Assembly: GCA_030390025.1 (NCBI GenBank)
Contig: CM059432.1
Span: 61,382,001-61,446,000, forward strand
Direction: 5' to 3'
Source: Squalus acanthias
Taxonomy: Eukaryota
Length of the DNA stretch: 64,000 bases
Each line of letters begins with the position of its first letter. Positions within the stretch are counted from its first letter, which is position 1. This document shows positions 1 to 13,199 of this stretch, piece after piece. The position numbers were made by a program, and so were the translations under genes. A model generated the notes under the pieces. That model had not been told where the DNA came from and made no database searches. It saw nothing but the letters and a program-made list of their open reading frames with translations.

Positions 1-245
1 GGTGGAAGATGGGAGGACAGCGAGGAGAGCATTGGAATAGTCAATTCTAGAGGTAACAAAGGCATGGATGAGGGTTTCAACAGCAGATGAGCTGAGCTGA
101 GGCAGGGGCGGAGATGGTCGATGTTACGGAAGTGGAAGTAGGCGGTCTAGGTAATGGAGTATATATTAGGTCATAAGCGCACCTCAGGGTCAAATAAGAT
201 GTCAAGCATAGAAAGTTTAATTGCCTTACCAGGCAGTCAGCAACC
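1..245 (-). mobile_element. L2-type LINE fragment
   Basis: Reverse complement resembles the L2 RT C-terminal region seen on + at 57250-57420 and 58560-58760. Confidence 0.7.
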
Positions 246-689
246 AGACACACATTGACCTTGATTTTAACCCCCCACCCCCTGACAGACAGGAAAGAGT
301 CGGCCAAGGTGGTTAAAAACCTAAAATTCAAAATCCCGCCTCCAACCCGCTGTGTTCCAGGCCACCATAATGTTAGCGGTGACGATTCAGGCCCTGGATG
401 AGGCTCCTGCTAAAAGCAGGCAGCAGCCTACTTAAGATGCAAAACTTCTGATCCGATGCCATCCTTGGCACCACAACGTAATATTAATGTCAAGGCAGAC
501 AGATTCCCGCACTGTCTATTGCTGCCTGGCTGCAGAAACATGGCGGGAGAAGCCAACTGGCCAGAAGAGGGCAAGATAAGTTTTTAAAACTTCTTTCTCT
601 TTGAACTCCTTGTGAGTCATGAGGAGCAGGATTGTTCCCCCCCCCCCCCCCCAATCCCCGCAAAGAGTCCTTGGACCTCTCCAGGTCTG

Positions 690-795
690 GCCTCTCCACG
701 ATCTTCAAGGAATCCCTAGCCCTAGCTTCCTCTGATCTTCAGGGAATCCCCAGCCCTGGCCTTCCCCCGATCTTCAGGGAATCCCCTGCACCAGG
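690..795. repeat. ~35-bp tandem repeat, 3 copies
   Basis: gatcttca(a/g)ggaatccc recurs at about 700, 735 and 769. Confidence 0.7.
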
Positions 796-1760
796 CTCAA
801 TTAAATTGGCTGAAGACTGGTATCTGTGAAGGTGGGGACCTCAGGAGGAAGCCGAGAAGGATCATCTACTCGGTACTTCTGGCTGAAGATAGTTGCAAAC
901 GTTTCAGCCTTGTCTTTTGCATTCACGTGCTGGGCTTCGCCATCATTGAGGATGGGGATATTCATGGCGCCTCCTCCTCCTGTTTGTTGCTTAATTGTCC
1001 ACCACCATTCATGACTGGATATGGCAGGACTGCAGAGCTTTCACCTGATCTGTTGGTTGTGGGATTGCTTAGCTATGTCTATAGTATGCTGCTTCCACTG
1101 TTTAGCATGCATGTGGTCATTCCTACCAATACTGTCATAGGCAGGTGCATCTGCGACAGCTAGATTGATGAGGATGAGGTCAAGTAGGTTATTCCCTCAT
1201 GTTGGCTCTCTCACCTCAAGCCCAGTCTCGTAGCTATGTCTTTTAGGATTCGACCAGCTCGGTCAGTAGTGGTACTATCAAGTCACTTTTGGTGATGGAC
1301 ATTGAAGTCCCCCACCTCGAGCATATTCTGTGCCCTGGCTACCCTCAGTGCTTCCCCCAAGTGGTGCTCAACATGGAGAAGTACTGATTTATCAGCTGAG
1401 GAGGGCAGTAGGCGGTATGTTTGGCCTGAAGCCATGAGACTTCATAGGGTCTGGAGTCAATGTTGAAGACTCCCAGGGCCACTCCCAGCCGACTATATAC
1501 CACTGTGCCCCACCTTTGGTGAGTATGTCCTGCCGGTGGGATGGGAAATATCTTGGGATGGTGACGGAGGAGTCTGGGATGTTGGCTAATAGGTATGATT
1601 CTGTATGACTATATGTCAGGCTGTTGTCTGACTAGTCAGTAGGACAGCTCTCCCAACTTTGGCACTAGTCCCCAGATGTTAGTGAGGAGGACTTTGTAGG
1701 ATCAATTGGGCTGGGTCTGCCTTCATTGTTACCGATACCTAGGTCGCAGCAGAGTGGTCC
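796..1760 (-). mobile_element. Decayed non-LTR retrotransposon fragment (APE endonuclease region), same family as 19870-24350
   Basis: Colinear similarity to 22640-24030. Confidence 0.75.
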
Positions 1761-2364
1761 GTACAGATTTATTCTAAAGTAGGCTCCTGCCTCAGGTGGG
1801 GAGAAAGAAATTGCTGTGGCTTCCTGTTGCAGCGTAGCATGGCCAGTGACAAATTTTTTAAACTTTAATTTTTGAAATTGATGTTCTGACTAGGGTAATG
1901 GATCACTCTGCAATCGAGTCAAAGATACCCTTTAATTTTTAAACCACCTGTGCCCTGGGGTACTCTGGTGCAAATGATGAAAAATGTATCATATGATGTC
2001 ATCTTGTCATTTGTGTCCTATTTGAATATGCTCAACCACTTTACTAGATATATGATGCGCCTAACATTACTTCCCAACGAGAAATCCAGGACGTACGTCA
2101 GGTGGCAAGAAACCAGCAGAACAGCTCTCCACCTGCATGCAGACATTGGCCCATATTTTGCTGGGGCAGGGCATCTTGTGGCGTGCCCAGTCAGTTAGAC
2201 TTTTTCCCTCGCCCTTCAGCTCAAAAGATTTTTGCCCTCCAAGTTGCTGGAAGTGCGAGCTGATAACGAGGGCAACGGGGCATCTGGGTCCTTGATGAAC
2301 AACGGGACTAACAGTCTTACCTCCTTAACCAATTAGATTTAAGGATTGAGAAAGAAATAGAACA

Positions 2365-2745
2365 TATATAGAAACATATAAGATTCTGAGGGGGATTGAC
2401 AGGGTAGATGCTGAGATGTTGTTTCACCTGGCTGGAGAGTCTAGAACTAGGGGACATAGTCTCACGATAAGGGATCAGCCATTTAAGACTGAGATGAGGA
2501 GGAATTTCGTCACTCAGAGGGTTGTGAATCTTTCGAATTCTCTACCCCAAAGGGTTGTGGATGCTGAATCGTTGAGTATATTCAAGGCTGAGATAGATAG
2601 ATTTTTGGACTCTAGGTGAATTGAGGGATATGGGGATTGGGCAGGAAAGTGGAGTTGAGTTCCAAGATCAGCCATGATCTTATTGAACGGTGGTGCAAGC
2701 TCGAGGGGCGGTATGGACTACTCCTGCTCTTAATTCTTATGTTCT
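2365..2745 (+). mobile_element. CR1 3' fragment
   Basis: Encodes GESRTRGHSL..RRNFVTQRVVNL, followed by a CR1 3' UTR and a tcttatgt tail. Confidence 0.85.
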
Positions 2746-3717
2746 AGAGGAACGATGGAGAAGGAAATAGGATGAATTAGAGTCAAATAAGATACAGAAA
2801 GAGAAATAAAGAGAGGAAAGAAAGAGTGGATTAAGAGAGAGAGAAAAAGAGACAGAAAGGAAAAGTAAGTAAAAAAAATGTAAAAATTTTACATTTTAAA
2901 ATTCTCTAATAACAATTCACTACCTGTAGGAATGGGATTCCACAGTTTCAGTTGTTCCCTTTCTGGGCTGGAGAGATTGAGTGGTATTGCAGGAACAGAA
3001 ATCTCGCCTTAAAAAGGTACTTGCGCTGTTAAGCACTAGCCCTAACTTTCTGCAGCTTAATTGGCAATTAATGTGAAATTTTTTGAAACTCACGTGGAGG
3101 TTGAGGGTATGCTGCCTTCAGTCACCTCTCCTAACCTTTCTCCCATGGCTTAACTTCACTCCTTTTAATATTTTTCTGTAAAATGGACATCTTGTACTAT
3201 AAAATGTGAGTTGCTGTTGTGAAATTCAGTACCTTCCTCAATGTTTCCTCTCTGCTATAATTCTGCAGACTTGGCATTTGCCAATCACTACTGCCTAATT
3301 CACCTAGTCTTCTCCTTTATCCTTTTCAACTTGGGGCACCAGGGCCCTTGGCCCTTCAACTTAGTTTTCAATTTTAAAAATATCTGTCTTTAAAATTCCA
3401 AGAATGATCACTCATGTGCATCTCCTACCAACCCCATTATTGTTTACTCACAATACAAGTATATTCTATAAAGAAGATACCAAAAGGAGATCTTTGGAAT
3501 GCAGATAGAGTGACACTGACTTTTAGAATACACTCATGAAAATTCTGTGTGCATTTCATCTTCTACGAGTGGTCAAAAGGAAATTAAGCTTTGAAACAAC
3601 CTTTTTGCAACAACTGAATTGGCCTCACACTCATTATACCAGTCTGCCTTGTATGTGAGGGCCTTCTGCATAAGGTAAAAATTGTATCATACATTTTCTA
3701 CATATGGTACATATATT

Positions 3718-4461
3718 GGGGGGAAAAATTAGGTCGCGCCCCGTTTGGGGCGCAAATATCGTCTGGACGCAAATATTAGCGCCTGGCGCTAATTATCGCC
3801 ACTGACTGGAAACTTCACTTTTACCGCCCCGGGAGGTGAGTGGAGCGCTAAATCAGGCGCTGCACACCTGTCTTAAGGCGCAAAGGCCGAGCAGTGAGGC
3901 GCTAACTCAGCGCGCGAGCGCAGCACAGGTGCTGCCAGTTAGCGAGGGAACACAGACACACTGGCGCCGGCCAGTTCTTAAAGCTGGGGGGGGCCAACTG
4001 TTAGGATCAGTAGGCAAAACTACCTCACAAAGCGTTGACTCAATGCAGAAGTCTCTCTTTCTCTCTCTCCGAATCTCTCTCTCTCTCTCAGAACGAGTGG
4101 TGCAAAAATGTCAACCACAGAAAAAGACAGGAAGAGGCCCCCTTTAAATAGCGCCCCCCCCCCAGCCCCACAGCGATTGATAGCGTTCCAGTCTTCCGGT
4201 CGTTGGATGCGCCAGGCGGTAAGGCAGGGGGCGCCACTCAATTTCCGCTCCGGGGCGCCACAAGGGCGTTGCACCATGGAATGACGTCAGAATCTGCGCG
4301 CGCAGGTGGTCGCGGCGGTAAAGTTTAGCGCCGCCGCACAATGTCTAGTTAAGTTCCCGAGCGGCGCAAACATCGCTGCGCCCGGGCGTTAGCGGCTTTG
4401 CGCCCCATTAGCGCCCTCTTAAGGCGCTAACGGGAGGCGCAACCAACTGAATTTTTACCCC
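3718..4461 (-). mobile_element. GC/CpG-rich MITE, PIF/Harbinger-like (family A), shorter variant
   Basis: TIRs ggggg(g)aaaaatt / aatttttacccc with flanking att..att. Inverted relative to 5027-5945 and 36077-36966. Confidence 0.8.
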
Positions 4462-5026
4462 ATTATGTTTAAGCTAAACATACTTTGGCTTTATTGGTGT
4501 TTATTTTTATTTACTATGAGCTTTTATTTGATGTAAATAATTGTAATTTTGTTGACACATGGGAAAGGAATAAGCAATATTCTTGATGGCATAATACATT
4601 GGGTGACATGGTAATGGTTATGTAAGACCTACTAGCAGATCTCCCATCACATTGTTCACAGCAAGTCAGAGGTTATGCTACTGCAAGATGCCGAAATCTG
4701 ATTCACAGTTTTATACACCTTAGCTACCCAAAGAGGCTTAAAGAGCTGGGTCTATGTACTTTAGAGAAGCATAGGCTCATAGTCGATTTGACTGAGGTCT
4801 ATAAACTGCTGAAGGGACTAGATTTTGTGCACACTGACAAATTATTTTAATTTGATAGGTTGGGGAGGACCACGGGGTCATACGAATACATTTCGCAAAG
4901 GAAGAAACAGGTTAGATGTTAGGCGTTTCGTTCTTCTATTCCCAGAGAATAGTAAATCTTTGTAACAAGTTGCTAGCTTGTGCGGTGAATGCTGAATTAC
5001 ATAGGATTACATATGATAGAGTCATA

Positions 5027-5945
5027 GGGGGAAAAATTCAGTTGGTTGCGCCTCCCGTTAGCCGACGGAACTGCTGGAAGCGGAGACACTCAATGTTAAG
5101 AGGGCGCTAATGGGGTGCAAAGCATCTAGCGCCCAGGCGCGGCGAAGTTTGCGCCGCTCGCGAAATTAACTAGACATTTTGCGGCGGCGCTAAACACTAC
5201 CGCCACGATCTCCTGCGCCGGCAGATCGTGACGTCAGTCGAGTGCGCAACGCCACGGTATCGCCCCGGAGCGGATATTGAGTGGCGCCCCCTGCCTTACC
5301 GCCTGACGCTAGCAACGACAGGTTGAGGGGAGCGTTTTGCAGTCATGAAGGGACTGGGGGAGCGCTATTTAAAGGTGAAAGCTTCCTGCCTTTTATTGTT
5401 GGTGCCATTTTTGAACCACGCATTCTGAGAGAGAAGGAGACTTCTGGAGAGATTCAACATTGTGTGAAGGAGTTTTGGGTACTGAGCAGCACTTTGCAGG
5501 TTCATTTTGATTTGCCATTCCTTGTATCGATTTAGAAGAGACTGTGGGGGCTGCACTCTGAGCTCTTTGCCTGGTACTCTCCATTGTTCTTTCCAGCAGA
5601 TTTGATGTGCAGGTCTCTCCAGGCCGAGATTCAAGGCTGCAATGAGCAGGATGTGGATGGAAAGCAAGATCAACCATCCCCTTTAAGAACTGGCCCATGC
5701 CATTGTGTGTGTGTTCCATTGCTGACTGACATTACATGAGCTTCGCCAGCGCTCTGAGTTAGCGCCTCACTCCTCGGCCTTTGCGCCTTAAGACAGGTGT
5801 GAAGCGCCTGATTTAGCACTCCAATCACCTCCAGGGGCGATAAAAGTCAAGTTTGCAGTCGGTGGCGATAATTAGCAGCAGGCGTTAATTTTTGCGCTCG
5901 GCCGATAATTGCGCCCCAAATGGGGCGATACTGAATTTCTCCCCC
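5027..5945 (+). mobile_element. MITE family A inserted in the 3' tail of a minus-strand CR1
   Basis: TIR gggggaaaaattcagt / actgaatttctccccc, TSD ata. Nearly identical to 36077-36966. Confidence 0.85.
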
Positions 5946-6240
5946 ATAGAGACATGACAGCACAGAAGGAGGCCATTCGGCTCATCGAGTCCGTGCCGGC
6001 TCTCTGTAGAGCAATCCAATCAGTCCCATTCCCCCGCAAGTTTATTTCCCTCAAGTGCCTATCCAGTCTCCCCTTGAAAACATTGAGTGTCTCCGCTTCC
6101 AGCAGTTCCGTCGGCAGCAAATTCCAGGTCATCACCACCCGCTGCGTAAATTTTTTTTCTCACATCCCCCCTGTATCTCTTGCCCAAAACCTTAAATCTG
6201 TGTCCCCTAGTCCTTGTACCATCAACTAGTGGGAACAGCC
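5946..6240 (-). mobile_element. CR1 3' fragment (tail continues at about 5010-5026)
   Basis: Minus-strand ORFs ERLFPLVDGTRTRGHRFKV and WNLLPTELLEAETLNVFKGRLD. Same family as 37863-38368 and 51500-51840. Confidence 0.85.
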
Positions 6241-6335
6241 TTTCATACAGCACAGAAACAGTGCATTAGGCCCAACCACTCCATGCCGCGTTTATGCTCC
6301 ACTCGAGCCAAACATACAGGGCAGACTGGTATAAT

Positions 6336-7060
6336 GGGCTGGATTTTCATTGACCCGTGGAGGCGGGTTTGGAGGCGTGTGGGGGGTTAAAATTGCGAAA
6401 ACTGGCAGGCGGGCACAAGTCCGCCTCCATCCCGCCTCCACGCAATTTTCATTAAATCGTGTCTCTGCTGGTCCCGACTCCGTCCCGCCTCTAAGAGGCG
6501 GATAGGCTGTTAAGGCCCTTAACAAGCACTAAATTGCCTCATTAATGCCATTTTGAAAGGCCTTTGTGATTTTAACCCTTTTTCTACGTGAAGCACGCCT
6601 GTTCTGAACCACAAATGTGAAACCTGGCGGGAGCACATTTGGATATGGATAGTTGACGAGGCAGGCAGGCTGGCTGGCCGGCTGGCTATGGGGATGCATA
6701 TATGGATGGCTATGTGGATGGATGTATATATGGATGGATGGAGAGGAGACATATCTAGGAGTGGTGGTGTAAAAATATCTGGGAGCAGACTTAGGGCTGC
6801 TGCTCATTTTGCATCCAGGTCCTCTCACAGCAAAGGCCAGGCAGTCTTTGCAGACCTTCAATGCAGCAGCAATGATGACATCATCAGAGGTGACTTTCAG
6901 ACTGAAAACACTAATTGGTTCATGGGTTCCCACATGCTGGAACTCAATTGCCCAATTAGCTGAAAATTGCATCAATCTCCCACATCCAATTGCAGTCGGG
7001 TGGATAACACGAAAAGTGGATGACACGACCCCAACCCGCCCCAGTATCAAAATGCAGCCC
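6336..7060. mobile_element. MITE family B, Harbinger-like
   Basis: TIR gggctggattt / aaatgcagccc, TSD aat. Related to 61312-62041. The paralogous empty site is visible near 3630. Confidence 0.85.
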
Positions 7061-7191
7061 AATGAGTGTGAGGCCAATTCAATTGTTGCAAAAAAAATTG
7101 TTTCAAACCTTAATTTCCTCTTGACCACTCGTAGATGATGAAAATGCACACTGAATTTTCATGAGTGAATTCTAAAGGTTGATTCTCTGTA

Positions 7192-7722
7192 TACCTCCAA
7201 AACTCGGCTGCCCGGGTCCTAACTTGCACCAAGTCCCATTCGCCCATCTCCCCTGTGCTCGCTGGCCTACATTGGATCCCGGTTAAGCAGCACCTCGATT
7301 TCAAAATTCTCATCCTTGTTTTCAAATCCCTCTATGGCCTCGCCCCTTCCTAGCTCTAATCTCCTCCAACCCCACACCCCCCCCATCCCCCGAGATATCT
7401 GCGCTCCTCTAACTCTGCCCTCTTGAGCATCCCTGATTATAATCGCTCAACCTTTGGTGGCCGTGCCTTCTGTTGCCTAGGCCCTAAGCTCTGGAATTCC
7501 CTGCATAAACCTCTCTGCCTCGCTACCTCTCTTTCCTCCTTTAAGACACTCCTTAAAACCTATCTCTTTGACCAAGCTTTTGGTCACCTGCCCTAATTTA
7601 TCCTTACATGGCTCGGTGTCAAATGTTTTTTGTCTTACAATACTCCTATGCAGCGCCTTGGGACACTTTACTACGTTAAAGGCGCTATATAAATACAAGT
7701 TGTAGTAGTAGTAGTAGTAGAT
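7192..7722 (+). mobile_element. L2 3' fragment with (gta)n tail
   Basis: LHWIPVKQHLDFKILILVFK-type L2 C-terminus. The 3' end matches 58790-59140. Confidence 0.85.
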
Positions 7723-8039
7723 AGCTGGACTAATTTCTGGCTGGATGGAGATTGTGTCATTGAAGAAGTAGGTACCAAATAATGTAAGTCACGGTCAATG
7801 TGGTCCCCTGGACTAGTTTTGATTGCTTAGAGGGATCGGAGAGGAATTTTCCAGATTTTTTTTCCCTAATTGGCCTTGTTTTTTTTTGCCTCTCCCAGAA
7901 GATGGCATGGCATCTAGCGGGTAAGGATCATCTTGCCATGATGCATAAGGCATCACAACTGTACAGGCTAGATGGACCAGCTCATCTTTTCTTGTACAAT
8001 GTTTTCATATGTTCGTATGTAAAAAGTGTAGATCATATC

Positions 8040-9185
8040 TGAGGAATCTGGTTCAATTTTTTGAGGTGACTCGCATAGTGGATATGGATGTTGTCTATAT
8101 GGACTTCCAGAAGGCACAGATATTATTAGCAAATACGAGGGCACACGGAATTGTGACATGGGTCGGTAATTTATTGGCTGATTGGAGGCAGCTCTCTGAT
8201 TAGCAGGATATGACATGCGTACTTGGGCCTTTGCTTTTCCCATATATATTAATGACTTATATAAAGGAATAGGGAGCTGTATATCGAAGTTTGCAGATTA
8301 CACTAAATTAGGAGGCACAGTAAGTTGTGTAGATGGGAGAAGGAAATTACAAAGCAACATAGACAGACAAAGTGAGTGGGCAAAACTATTGCAGACAGAG
8401 TTCAATGTGGGTCATCACTTTGGATCTGAGAAAGACAAATCGGAATATTTTCTTAATGAGTAGAGAATAGGAGCTATGGTGGAGCAAATGGATTTAGTTA
8501 TCTATGTACACAAATCACTAAAAGTCAGTGCACAGGTACAAAAAGTAATCAAAACAGCTAATAGAATGTTGGCCCATATCTCAAGGGAGTTGGAATTCCA
8601 AAGTAAGGAAGTGATGCTTCAGTTGTACAGAGTGTCGGTCAGACCCCATCTGGAGTACTGCATTCAGTTTTGGGCACTGAACCTCAGCAAAAATGCATTG
8701 GCCTTGGAGGGGCTGCAGCGTAGATTTGCCAGAATGATACCAGGAATTAAAGGGTTAAATTAATAGGGCAGGTTGTATAAAATTGGCTTGTATTCCCTTG
8801 AGTTTAGAAGATTGAAGAATGATCTAATCAAGGTCTTTAAAATGATAAAGGGATTCGATAGGGTAGAAATGGGCAAACTATTTCCTCTGGTGGGGGAGTC
8901 CAGAATATAGGGAAAATTAGAGCTAAACCATTTAGAAGTGAAATCAGGAAGTATTTTTTCCACATAAAGGTTAATGGAAATCGGAATTCTTTCCCCCAGA
9001 AGCCTGTGGATGCTGGGTCAATTGCAATTTTTAAGACTCAGATTGATAGATTTTTGCTAGGTAAGGGTATCAAGGATATGGAGCAAAGGCAGGTAAATGG
9101 AGTTGAGGTACAGATCAGCCATAATTTATCTCAATGGGAAAACAGGCTCAAGGGGCTGAATGGTCTACTTCTGTTCCGATGTTCC
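8040..9185 (+). mobile_element. Decayed CR1 RT/3' region
   Basis: DVVYMDFQKA, IYINDL..ISKFADYTK, RPHLEYCIQFW, with frameshifts and stops. Confidence 0.85.
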
Positions 9186-10204
9186 CACTGGTTCACAAGT
9201 CTCGGTCTGCAACATTGAAACTTAAAAGTATGGTAAAAATACTTTTAAAAGATTTGAAAATAATTTTAAAATCATTAGATACTTTAAAAATATTTAAAGA
9301 TATTTAAAGAAAGTTTAAAAAGCTTTAAATAAACTTTACAATAAAATATAAAAACTTAAAAGTAACACCAATAAAAAAAAATACTTTCCAAGACCTGTGG
9401 CCTTTAGGTTTGGAGAGCTTTTGGCCTGTCAAAAGTAGGACCTAGCGCCATGCGCATTGATTCCTGCCAGTGGCCACTGGGTGACAGGAGAAGAAAATGG
9501 GGCCCTGGATGAAACCCTGTCCACACGTCATCATTTACATGTGGAAGGGCAAGGATGCACCAGACGTAGGTGTCTTCCCCAATGGGGCTGCAGGAAAATG
9601 AGAATCATAAGTTTTTGTGGTGGGGTCTGGCATTGGGTCTTTCCACCCTATTTTCTTTCGTTGACTGCTCAAATACTCCCAAAAACATGCATTAAATGTC
9701 TAGGAAAATACAGGCTGGAATGTCCTACATGAAATAGTAGTGGAAGCAGAACCTATAATATTTTTTAAAAGAGAAGTTGATAAATATTTGAAAAAGAAAA
9801 TATTGATCATTATGGGGTAAGGGCAAGTAATGGACTAAATGGATTTATCTTTCAAAGAACCAGCGCAGACGTGTTGGTCTAACTGGCATACTTCTGTGCT
9901 GTAAATTTCTATGAGTTACATTTTCCTCAGCTGTCCCGCCCATTCGCCCCTGTTCCCATCCCTCCTTGGGACTGCAAGGTGAAGCCTGGTGATAGGCCCT
10001 GGGTAGCAGCAGGAACAGCTCCAATCACAGCAAAGTAGAGGCCTCCTCTTCACTCAATTCATCCCAATGGGGGCACCGGGTCTCAGCTGAGACCTTCATT
10101 GGATGACTTTTCCAGTTTTCAAAGCTCTGTGGACCTTTAAGATTTCTTCTAGCCTGCTGCAACAGTGCATGGATTTCCTTGTGAGCCACTGTGAGGATTC
10201 CACT

Positions 10205-11065
10205 TTTTTTTATTCATTCATGGGATGTGGACGTCGCTGGCAAGGCCAGAATTTATTGCTCATCCCTAATTGCTCTTGAGAAGGTGGTGATGAGCTGCCT
10301 TCTTGAACCACTGCAGTCTGTGTGGTTAAGGTACTCCCACAATGTTGTTAGGTAGGGCGATCCAGGATTTTGCCCAGCAACGATGAAGGAACGGCGATAT
10401 ATTTCCAAGTCAGGATGGTGTGTGACTTGGAGGTGGTGGTGTTCCCATGCGCCTGCTGCCCTTGTCCTTCTAGGCATTAGAGGTTGTGGGTTTGGGAGGT
10501 GCTGACGAAGAAGCCTTGGCGAGTTGCTGCAGTTCATCTTGTAGATAATGCACACTGCAGCCACGGTGCACCAGTAGTGGAGAGAGTGAATGTTTAAGAT
10601 GGTGGATGGGGTGCCAATCAAGTGGGCTGCTTTGTCCTGGATGGTGTCAAGCTTCTTGAGTGTTAGAGCTCCACTTATCCAGGCAAGTGGAGAGTATTCC
10701 ATTACACTCCTGACTTGTCTCTTGTAGATGGTGGAAAGGCTTTGGGGAGTCGGGAGGTGAGTCACTCGCTGCAGAATATCCAGCCTCTGACCTGCTCTTG
10801 TAGCCACAGTATTTATGTGGCTGGTCCAGTTAAGTTTCTGGTCAATGGTGACCCCCCAGGATGTTGATGGTGGGGGATTCGGTGATGGTAATGCCATTGA
10901 ACATCAAAGGGAGGTGGTTGGACTCTCTCTTGTTGGAAAGGTCATTTTCTGGCACTTGTGTGGCGCAAAAGTTACTTGCCACTTATCAGCCCAAGTCTGA
11001 ATATTGTCCAGGTGTTGGTGCATGCGGGCATGGACAGCTTCATTATCTGAGGAGTTGCGAATGGA
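10205..11065 (-). mobile_element. Non-LTR retrotransposon 3' fragment (family of 19870-24350)
   Basis: LNWTSHINTVATRAGQRL..IYKRQVRSVMEY and WADKWQVTFAPHKC. Confidence 0.85.
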
Positions 11066-12739
11066 ACTTAGTGGCGGGAATCCCGCCATGAGCCCTGCAT
11101 GCGTACATAATGACCCCCAGCCCAGGAAGCTGTAGTCATGGCAAGGTCGGGCAGTGGAGAGATGTTCCGCCCTAACCCTGTAGAGGCAGGAAAGTGAAAA
11201 TTCAGCACTATTATTCTAAAACATACCAAATCTCTAAATTAGCTTGTACATATGATCTACTTTATACCAATCTGTACTTAAATACTTGCAATAATTTAAT
11301 CACAAAAAGATAAAATAAGATATTAGATAAGAACTTAAAAATAACTGATAAATGATGTAGTTATTCTGACAGATAATGATGCAAATCAGTACTACATAAA
11401 TATTTGATAAAATATGTTGATATATATATATAGAAAATTACTTCAGTGCCTAATCATTGCAAACTACAGCTATTTATTATACCGTGCTGAAGGAAGACTG
11501 CACATTTTTAAGTGCAATTATATGACTCAAGTCCTAAAGGTCAAGCTCCACGTTTGTGTCTTCGCACATCAGTGCTTTCTTACTTAATTAAAAGACCGTT
11601 ATCTTACATGATGTCCTTTCCTTGGTAGCTGATACAAGTAGAAGTAGCTTAACTGCAAATGATGATAATCTTCTGCCAGTATCATGATTTATTGCAATAA
11701 TTTTTTTACATATATAAACAATGATATTTCTACCTATTAATACTGCAGATATTTTGATATATTTAAGTGTCCCAGATTGTAAAGCCAGAATAACACAAAG
11801 GCTTTTTTCCACTGTTCCTGGGCCACATTCTGTTTGCTGGGGCCTTGAAAGCAGAGTTCCTTAAACCCTTTATGCAGTATTACACAATGTTACTGAGATT
11901 ACTGGTTCGCTGAGATTACATGTGGAGGCTTGACAGAAGAGAACCTGTTTCATACGATGCTGACATGAAGGGCTGGATTCTCCTCTCATTGGCAGGTTAG
12001 TGGCAGGGTGCCACTTCCACCTGCTCACGTGACTCCACTGCTGACCCACTGAACTTTCCTCCTGGTGCCCTCATTATCCATGCAGGGTGAGTTAGGAGTG
12101 ATAATACTGTACCTCACTGTTTTGCTGCTGCTGGGAGGGAGGAAATAAAGTGCTGTTGCAGCTGCTTAAAGGGGGCTATCACCTTTTCAAAAGCAGGAAG
12201 CTCAGGTGAAAGAATTACCAGGATTCTCCTCTTCAGGGCAAAGTACTGACAGGGTAGGACTTCCACCTGCCCCTCTTGATCTGCCCCAACCTCAGCCATT
12301 CTGCTGTATCGGGGTTCATCCTACATGCACAGTGGGCTCCTGGCGGTCATCTGCAGAACACAAGCACCTAAAATCGATATGCTGGCAAACCTTTAGCTTC
12401 AGCATACAAAATATCCTCCTCAGTACAGTATCTGTCTCAGGCATACCACTGTGCTCATCATACTGCCACTTATCTAGTGGTGGTAATAATAAGGGTCAGG
12501 TTTGGGGTGGAAGCTGGGAAAATGGAGTTAGCAACGGCCTCCTGACCCCATTTAAATGTGGCAGGACAGGCTTCGGGCAAATAGTAAAGGGGAATAGCCC
12601 TTTTTCTGAAGGAGAATTCTGATGGTATTTTTTACCAATGGAGTTTAGCGGTAGCAATTACCATCCCATTTTACTCAGTTTAATGCCCCAGAACAGGTTG
12701 TAAATCTAAGGAAAATCTAGCTCATTGAACTACTGTGGG

Positions 12740-13008
12740 AGAGTCTCAGGCAGGCTGTGCTAATGTGCAGTTTTTTTTACCAGGTTACTAAGAGTTTACA
12801 GGGGATAGTTTCAGGCAGACAGCGCTAAAATACAGTAATACATTGGATTAATAAGGATTTGTAGTGACCAGTCTCAAGCATCCAATGCTTATGAGCAGTA
12901 TCACGTCAAATTACTGAGGGTTTGCTGGAGGCAGCCTCAGGCAAGCAGTGCTGATTTGTAGTCTTGCAGGGGTTTACTGAGGGTTTACAGATAATAATCT
13001 CAGGCAGG
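12740..13008. repeat. Degenerate minisatellite, ~63-bp period, about 4 units
   Basis: (c/t)tca(g/a)gca anchors at 12745, 12810, 12873, 12936 and 12999. Confidence 0.6.
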
Positions 13009-13199
13009 TTGTTCTCTGCCAATATTCTCTCCTTCCCTCCTGAAGACACTGATTCCCCACTGCAGTATGGTTCCATGTGATGTTGATCTCGCTCCAGTAA
13101 TTTGCCGGATTAGCCATTTATCATAGGTGAGCCTTGAAAGCAGAATTCCTGGGTAGCAATCAAAAGCAGAAACCCTGGTTATTTTTCCCCTGCCTAACA

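Noticed and set aside
5281..5719. ORFs conserved between 5.3-5.7 kb and 36.2-36.7 kb as a duplicated gene
   Set aside because: Both lie inside near-identical MITE copies, so the conservation reflects recent transposition.
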